A stretch of DNA of 64,000 bases from an uncultured candidate division Zixibacteria bacterium (GTDB lineage: Bacteria; Zixibacteria; MSB-5A5; GN15; FEB-12). The notes beneath the pieces were generated by a model, which was given only the letters and a program-made list of their open reading frames with translations, did not search any database and was not told where the DNA came from. How positions within the stretch are numbered: the stretch's first letter is position 1; every line of letters begins with the position of its first letter. Below are positions 58,441 through 64,000 of this stretch, in pieces. The stretch spans positions 3,712,001-3,776,000 of the forward strand of contig OY760907.1 of assembly GCA_963664195.1 (NCBI GenBank), in the 5' to 3' direction. The position numbers were made by a program, and so were the translations under genes.

Positions 58441-59328
58441 TTAGCTGACACCGGCCATCTTCATAAAGGTCTCGGCCTTGAGGTATTCCTCACGGAGCAA
58501 TCCCGAGAACACCTCGAAATCTTCTGCGGTGACCTGCATATACTCGACCACGCCGTCGAGGAGCGCACCGACCTGGGGAGCGCTTGCGTCAGCATCCTCA
58601 AAAGTCGTTCTGGCAACGTAATCGCTCAGGTGGACGATATATGCGATCGGATCTTCGGACTCCGTCAACTGAGGCTGGTGATGATACGTGATAGCTTCCC
58701 GCAGTCGCTGCGGCAGCTTCCATTGCTCGGCCAGCACGGCCCCGATCTGGGAGTGATTGTAGCCGAGGATTTCTTCCTCAACCTCATAGGTCGGACGTTC
58801 CGGCTGTTCTTTCTGCGCGGCCTTGACCGCCTCGAACTCGCCGGGAAGAAAACAGCACATGATCATTTTGCCGACATCGTGGAGCAGCCCGGACGAGAAG
58901 GCAGCATCGGGATCAACCATCCCGCGCGCCTTGACTTTTCTCGCCATCATGCGACCGCAGACGGCAACCGCCAGGGAGTGGCGCCAGAACGTTTCCTGGA
59001 ACTCCTGATCGATATCCTTGGACTTAAACATATCCAGCACGGAGGCGGACAGCACGAGGTTACGAATAGCCTCTAGACCGACGATCACAACCGCCTGCTT
59101 CACGTTGTCGATCTCGCGCGAGAGACCATAGAAGGCGGAATTGGTCAACTTGAGCACCTTGACCGACATCGCCGGATCCTCCGAAAGAATCGACGCTATC
59201 TGCCCCGCCGATACCATGGGGTCATTGATGACCTTCTGGATCTGGTGAAAGACGATAGGTGGCGTCGGCAGGTTGCGGACGTTTGATATTACCTGTTTGA
59301 CTCTGCTATCGATTGTCGCCGTGGTCAT
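58441..59328 (-). CDS. HDOD-domain protein
   Basis: LPTPP, DPAMSVKVLKLTNSAFYG, FWRHSLAVA, GLLHDVGK and WKLP motifs. Confidence 0.95.
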   Translation of the reverse strand: MTTATIDSRVKQVISNVRNLPTPPIVFHQIQKVINDPMVSAGQIASILSEDPAMSVKVLKLTNSAFYGLSREIDNVKQAVVIVGLEAIRNLVLSASVLDMFKSKDIDQEFQETFWRHSLAVAVCGRMMARKVKARGMVDPDAAFSSGLLHDVGKMIMCCFLPGEFEAVKAAQKEQPERPTYEVEEEILGYNHSQIGAVLAEQWKLPQRLREAITYHHQPQLTESEDPIAYIVHLSDYVARTTFEDADASAPQVGALLDGVVEYMQVTAEDFEVFSGLLREEYLKAETFMKMAGVS

Positions 59329-59351
59329 ATACCTGTCTCAACAGTTCTGTG

Positions 59352-59642
59352 CTAGAGGTCCAGATCGCCCATCAACCGTTCCGCGATTATTTCTTTCACT
59401 TCCGGTTTTTCATAGAAGCCTGATTCAATCCGCTTCCTGATCAAGGCCATGCGTTCTTCTTTCGCACTGTTTTCCAGTTGCAGTTTTTGATCGGCCATCT
59501 CAGAGAGCTGGCTGCGCGCGTTGTCTGAAATCTCGACCTGGTCGGCGATCTGTTTCTCTCTCGTTTCGATCTCCGGACGCTGGTTCTTTTGTGGTTCGGA
59601 CTGTTGCACGCTGTTGTGTTTCGTCAAAGGTCCAATCTTCAT
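59352..59642 (-). CDS. flgM: Anti-sigma28 factor FlgM-like protein
   Basis: MKI...DQVEISDNAR and ERMALIRKRIESGFY; flagellar context; sigma28 site upstream. Confidence 0.8.
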   Translation of the reverse strand: MKIGPLTKHNSVQQSEPQKNQRPEIETREKQIADQVEISDNARSQLSEMADQKLQLENSAKEERMALIRKRIESGFYEKPEVKEIIAERLMGDLDL

Positions 59643-59662
59643 CTCTTCACCTTCTACTTATC

Positions 59663-59692
59663 CTATCGTCGGTGAAACAGCCGGACTTTAGG
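59663..59692 (-). promoter_or_regulatory. Putative sigma28 promoter of flgM
   Basis: CCTAAAG...GACGATAG (TAAA-N16-GACGATAG). Confidence 0.6.
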
Positions 59693-59727
59693 GCGATTCC
59701 CCGTCTGCCCGGCGGCCGCTTGCGTCG

Positions 59728-60189
59728 CTATTTCTTGCTGTCGACGAACTGCGCGGGCGGTTCTGCCGACGTCATGTACTGCAAAATCTTCTTCGAGTTC
59801 TTCAACTCACCCAGCTCGACCCGAATCCTCTCGTGGCGGTTGGTGAGAAACTCGCGATTATCCTCAACCAGTTTGATGTTTTTCTTCACCAGAGTGGCAA
59901 TACTGTTAATCGTCTTGCGAACATCCGGGTGAACCGCGGCCAGTTTGAACAGGCGCGGGCTTTTCTGTCGAATGGTAGTCACTTTCGCTTCTGACTCCTG
60001 AATGCGGCGCTGGCAACGCTCGATCTCGGCATACAGGTCCAGAAGATTCTCGTCTTTATCGTACTTGAGTATGTCGCTCTGCTTGTCCAGGAGGACATAA
60101 AGCGACTGGTAGAAGGAGTATTCCTTTTTCAGGATTGTCAGGAGGGCCTGTTCCAGTTGACTGATCGCATTTGTGTTCGTCGATTCCAT
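59728..60189 (-). CDS. FlgN/FliT-like flagellar export chaperone
   Basis: Helical protein (LLTILKKEYSFYQSL...Q..IL; N..FL; ends FVDSKK) located after fliS; start moved to MESTNT. Confidence 0.6.
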   Translation of the reverse strand: MESTNTNAISQLEQALLTILKKEYSFYQSLYVLLDKQSDILKYDKDENLLDLYAEIERCQRRIQESEAKVTTIRQKSPRLFKLAAVHPDVRKTINSIATLVKKNIKLVEDNREFLTNRHERIRVELGELKNSKKILQYMTSAEPPAQFVDSKK

Positions 60190-60191
60190 AG

Positions 60192-60632
60192 TTACCCTGA
60201 GATGGCGAAGCTGCCGGTCGGGGCCGGTGCTGTCGGCTGTTCGCTCGGAACGGCATTCTCTGCCTGAACCTGCTGTTTGAGGCCCGCCCATCCTTCACGG
60301 ATGTTGCCAAGCACTTTCATAATCGCGTCGATTTGTTCGAGACTCTTGGTGCCCTGAATCACGTTCGATTCGTTCAAAATGAACGTGTAGAGCTTGCCCA
60401 GATTCTCGGCGACCTCGCCCCCGTCTTCGAAATTGAGAGTCGTGTACAGATGTGTGACAAAGCGCTTTGCTTTCTCCATCTCCTCAAAGCCCGCCTGGTA
60501 GTCTTCGTTTGAGTAGTGTTCTCTTGCCGTACCGAAAGCCCGCGACGCACCGTCGTAGACCTGCAAAACGAGGTCGAGTTGCGATTTTCCCATGGTGTCG
60601 GTTGTGCGGTAAGCGCCTAGTTTGTCGTCCAT
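60192..60632 (-). CDS. fliS: Flagellin export chaperone FliS
   Basis: LVLQVYDGA, TLNFEDGGEVAENLGKLYTF and IREGW motifs. Confidence 0.93.
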   Translation of the reverse strand: MDDKLGAYRTTDTMGKSQLDLVLQVYDGASRAFGTAREHYSNEDYQAGFEEMEKAKRFVTHLYTTLNFEDGGEVAENLGKLYTFILNESNVIQGTKSLEQIDAIMKVLGNIREGWAGLKQQVQAENAVPSEQPTAPAPTGSFAISG

Positions 60633-60676
60633 GATGCCCTGCCTGTTAATATGTGCTCAGTCTATTGTCTTCCTGA

Positions 60677-62998
60677 TTAGAAGTCCCAGTTCGAATCCAG
60701 AGTGGCCAGTTGGCTGGTCAGCCAATTGCTGTTATTTTGTAGCATGCCGAGAGTCTCCTCCATGCGGAGCCACTTCTCGGTCAGGGAGTAACGACGCTTT
60801 TCGAGCCGCAAATCGAATTCTTCGATCCGCTTGGTCAGGTATTCCACCTGATTCTGATAGCCTTGTACTCTTCGGGCAATAAGCCCGTCACCCGCGGCCG
60901 TGTAGCTGTCCAGCAGGTCATCGAGTCTCGCGGCGACACCTTTGGTCACCCCCACCGTACCCTCGGCACCGTCGCCGAGTTGCGAAGACGTCAGTGAGAT
61001 ATTCAGTTTCAGACCAGCAGTCGTAGCATTGTCCTCGTCGCCGGTGAGCACCTGTCCGAGACCGGTAGCACTCTCACCGTTGATCGTACCCTCGACATTC
61101 GTGCCTATGTGACTCGTCCCGGTGGCTAAGCCGAGTGTCACCAGAGCCGACTCCGGCACACTGGTGACGATGTTTACTTTCGAACCTTCGCCGTACGATG
61201 AACTGGTGAGGTTGATGTACCCGACTCCTGTGCCGCTCTCAACCCATTCAACTTCCAGACCTTTGCCGCCGATCTTGTCATCGGCATCTACTTTCTGCTG
61301 CAGTTCCTTGATCAACTCCTCGGCGGAGTTGTAAGTTCTCGCACTCAGCACAATGGTTTCGGATTGAAGCCCATCGATCGAGAAAGCCAGTTTGTTGTTT
61401 GCGCTGGTCAGAGTGAGCGGTGTAGTCCCCGGATCGGTCATGCCAACGCCCTGGAAGCGTCCCCTGGTGGCGGCATGAGTGATGTTCACTTCGTACTGCT
61501 CGCCTTCACGAGTTTCGTTTCCGGCCGAGAGGAATTCGATGTAATTGCTACTGGAGCTGCCGGCGTTTGTGAACAGCCGGACAACCGCGTCCAGATCCTC
61601 GGTCAGGGCCTCTTCGAGACGGCTGCTGTTCTTGATCGCAAGCTGACCATTCACGCCCGTGCGAATTCCCACCGAGTACATCTGATTGTACTTGGAATCA
61701 ATACCTTCAATCCGATCGCCAAAGGCATTCTGGATTGAATTCTGCATGATTTGCACCGTGCGATCACCGAACAGAATACCGGACTCGGTTGTATCCTGGT
61801 TGTACGTGTTCTGCTGGTCGATGAAATCCATCACGTCATTGTACGCAGTGATCACCGATTGAATGTCACTCTTGATCGCCGACGTATCCGTGGACGTAGT
61901 AATGCTTATCGAGTCGCCCGGCTCGGTCTCTTTCCTCAGTACAAGTGAGACACCCGGTATGACCTCTTTGAACTGATTCGTTTCCGACGTCACCGTGATC
62001 GGTGAGCCGCCACCGCCTGCGGAGCCTACGGCCAGCTTGGCATCGGAAGCTTCCTGCAACAACGGTGAAAAAGAGCCAACCTGGAACGTATCGCCACCGG
62101 TGAACTGCCCGGCGGAGAAGGACAATTTAAGCCCTTCAGACCCGTCCCCCACTAACTCTATTTCCGTGTCAGCCTGGGTAACCACGATTGACCCCGAATT
62201 GGTGCCGTCGGTCCAATTGAGTGTGATATTGTCGGTGCCTACGGTCTGTGCGCCGTTGCCGTCAACCGTGAACGTATATATCTTGTTTTCATCGCCGGTG
62301 AATGCGGCCGTGGAACCGAGTGCCACCTGCGCGGTGGTCCCGGGATCGGTCGCCAGCATCTCCGGGATGTCGAATGATGCGGTCGAGTAATTGAGATTAT
62401 CGCCACCGGTAAGGTTGGAGGTGATAGATATCTTGTTTGCGACACCGGTTTCGTTCGCCGAAAGAATCAAGCGGTGCGAATTGGAACCGGAACCATCGCT
62501 AATAATACTCGCTGTAACTCCGGCCTCGGCATCATTGATAGCCTTGGCTATGCCGTCCAGGGAATTGTTTGAGGAATCAATCGTGATCGTCTGTTCGGAG
62601 CCGTCGCCAACGGACAATGAGATCGTCCCCATACCAAAGGAAGAGGATTCCCTATCATCGAAACCCTGGCTGGCCAATTGATGATTACGAGCCAGTGACA
62701 GCACCTGCATATCGTACGATCCCGACCCCACTTTGCCGGTCGCGGTCGCATTGATATATGTGTCATCGGAGATATCTACGGACGCGGCGTTGAATGTCTT
62801 AGTCAGCGCAAGTTTGCCGACAGCTGTATTGAGCGCCAGAAGCTTGGCTTCAAATGCTTTGAAAGCGGAAATAATGTTGGTCTTCTCGGCCTGCTGGCGC
62901 TCCAGGAGAACCGCCGGTTGCCGTTCGACCGCCATGATGGAATCAATGATCTCCTGGGTGTTCAACCCCGAGTTGATTCCGTCGATCGAGAAAGCCAT
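60677..62998 (-). CDS. fliD: Flagellar filament cap protein FliD
   Basis: GINSGLNTQEIIDSIMAVER, GVTASII and AYNDVMDFI...GILFGD motifs; C-terminal coiled coil. Confidence 0.95.
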   Translation of the reverse strand: MAFSIDGINSGLNTQEIIDSIMAVERQPAVLLERQQAEKTNIISAFKAFEAKLLALNTAVGKLALTKTFNAASVDISDDTYINATATGKVGSGSYDMQVLSLARNHQLASQGFDDRESSSFGMGTISLSVGDGSEQTITIDSSNNSLDGIAKAINDAEAGVTASIISDGSGSNSHRLILSANETGVANKISITSNLTGGDNLNYSTASFDIPEMLATDPGTTAQVALGSTAAFTGDENKIYTFTVDGNGAQTVGTDNITLNWTDGTNSGSIVVTQADTEIELVGDGSEGLKLSFSAGQFTGGDTFQVGSFSPLLQEASDAKLAVGSAGGGGSPITVTSETNQFKEVIPGVSLVLRKETEPGDSISITTSTDTSAIKSDIQSVITAYNDVMDFIDQQNTYNQDTTESGILFGDRTVQIMQNSIQNAFGDRIEGIDSKYNQMYSVGIRTGVNGQLAIKNSSRLEEALTEDLDAVVRLFTNAGSSSSNYIEFLSAGNETREGEQYEVNITHAATRGRFQGVGMTDPGTTPLTLTSANNKLAFSIDGLQSETIVLSARTYNSAEELIKELQQKVDADDKIGGKGLEVEWVESGTGVGYINLTSSSYGEGSKVNIVTSVPESALVTLGLATGTSHIGTNVEGTINGESATGLGQVLTGDEDNATTAGLKLNISLTSSQLGDGAEGTVGVTKGVAARLDDLLDSYTAAGDGLIARRVQGYQNQVEYLTKRIEEFDLRLEKRRYSLTEKWLRMEETLGMLQNNSNWLTSQLATLDSNWDF

Positions 62999-63047
62999 GT
63001 TACCTCCTGTTGAGCAATGACTCCGATGTCATCCTGTTTTTTATGGT

Positions 63048-63075
63048 TCCGGGAGGGAGTGACCTCCCTCCCGGA
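63048..63075 (-). terminator. 12-bp hairpin at the 3' end of the flagellin gene (stabiliser or partial terminator)
   Basis: TCCGGGAGGGAG-4nt-CTCCCTCCCGGA; no U-tract on the minus strand. Confidence 0.55.
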
Positions 63076-63092
63076 TAACCGGTCTATAATGA

Positions 63093-64000
63093 CTAACGGA
63101 AGAGTGACAGAACGATTTGCGGCATCTGGTTGGCCTGAGCCAACATGGAGGTACCGGCCTGAACCAGAATCTGGTTCTTGGTGAATTCTGACATTTCCGA
63201 AGCCATATCAGTGTCACGAATCTGCGATTCCGAAGCGGTCAGGTTCTGAGCCGCAATACGGAGGTTACGCAGGTTCGATTCCAGAGAGTTCTTCTGGAAG
63301 CTACCCAGCTTACCACGAGAGGTAGACACTTCGTTGATGGCAGAGTCGATGAGAGACTGCGCATTCTGAGCGCCCTGCGACGTGGTAACGTCGATGTGGG
63401 ACAGCGAGGTAAACATGTTGCCCGCAATACCCTTACCGAGGGAACCGGACGACATATTGGAGAGACCGATCGAAACGGTCTGACCGACATTCGGACCAAC
63501 CTGGAAGACTAGAGACTGGTCGGTGTTGTTGAGGGTCTCGGTACCACCAACAGAGGTCAGATCGATGTTCAAGCTGACCTGCTCGCTGCGATCGGCGTTG
63601 TAGACGGTTGAGTCCACACCGGCCGTTACTTCGGTAGCCGGGCCTCCGTCGATGCGGACATCGAACTTAGCAGCCTTAACGTCGAGCAACAGGTTACCGG
63701 TATTGAGACCGTTCTGGGCAGTGCCGACCACAAGGTCGATAGAGCCGCGACCGTTATCACCGGAAGCCTTGTTGTACAACGTGGCAGTGGAGGTGGAACC
63801 GTACTTGACCGAGGTGATGGTGCTGGTGTAGTTATCGAAACTTACCAGCGCATCGATGCCGGTCTGGGCAGTGGTATCGGTGGTCAACTTCATAATGTTC
63901 TGAAGAGCACCGGTACCAGCAACGGCGTTGTTCTGGACCGAGTAGTCCGAACCCTCATCGCGCGTGGCAAACTGAATAGTATTGCCAACGACGCTGGATA
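63093..64000 (-). CDS. fliC: Flagellin, C-terminal part (5' end lies beyond the window)
   Basis: FQVGPN, RGKLGSFQ, ASESQIRDTDMASEM and LAQANQMPQIVLSL motifs; the frame stays open to the window edge. Confidence 0.97.
   Translation of the reverse strand, partial: SSVVGNTIQFATRDEGSDYSVQNNAVAGTGALQNIMKLTTDTTAQTGIDALVSFDNYTSTITSVKYGSTSTATLYNKASGDNGRGSIDLVVGTAQNGLNTGNLLLDVKAAKFDVRIDGGPATEVTAGVDSTVYNADRSEQVSLNIDLTSVGGTETLNNTDQSLVFQVGPNVGQTVSIGLSNMSSGSLGKGIAGNMFTSLSHIDVTTSQGAQNAQSLIDSAINEVSTSRGKLGSFQKNSLESNLRNLRIAAQNLTASESQIRDTDMASEMSEFTKNQILVQAGTSMLAQANQMPQIVLSLFR

Overview
Gene-dense, GC-rich bacterial chromosome segment. It is probably from an FCB-group organism; the Cys-flanked 'GNVD...[14 protein letters not shown]' dockerin-like tails suggest Zixibacteria (inference). 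From left to right it contains: a partial NtrC-family regulator, an outer-membrane barrel, purD-purE and a TPR gene; an intact IS481-family element (26-bp IRs, 7-bp TSD) inserted in a DUF3858-like gene; a cluster of secreted proteins (three dockerin-tailed proteins, two of which look like circularly permuted Omp28/thioredoxin proteins, plus a cohesin/BACON protein with a T9SS-type tail); and bS22, HU/IHF, sppA, mltD-like, miaA-mutL-mutS, SPOR and lapAB-like genes. Next is a long minus-strand cluster behind a sigma54-type promoter: large surface protein > PorV-family/TPR > membrane RsbW-kinase/HAMP/PP2C fusion > STAS > GGDEF > Wza > TPR > BY-kinase > polysaccharide deacetylase. It is followed by the housekeeping block tRNA-Val-thrS-infC(AUA start)-rpmI-rplT-pheST-zapB-zapA-rny-ymdB-folD, a frameshifted sigma28-type glycosyltransferase, and a flagellar block (fliC-fliD-fliS-flgN-like-flgM-HDOD). 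The most interesting item is the surface-protein/partner-switch/c-di-GMP/EPS cluster. Its STAS gene continues across an A10 slippery run (-1 frame) into an unannotated HTH domain that resembles the IS481 transposase DNA-binding region. All family calls come from motif recognition by eye; no searches were run.
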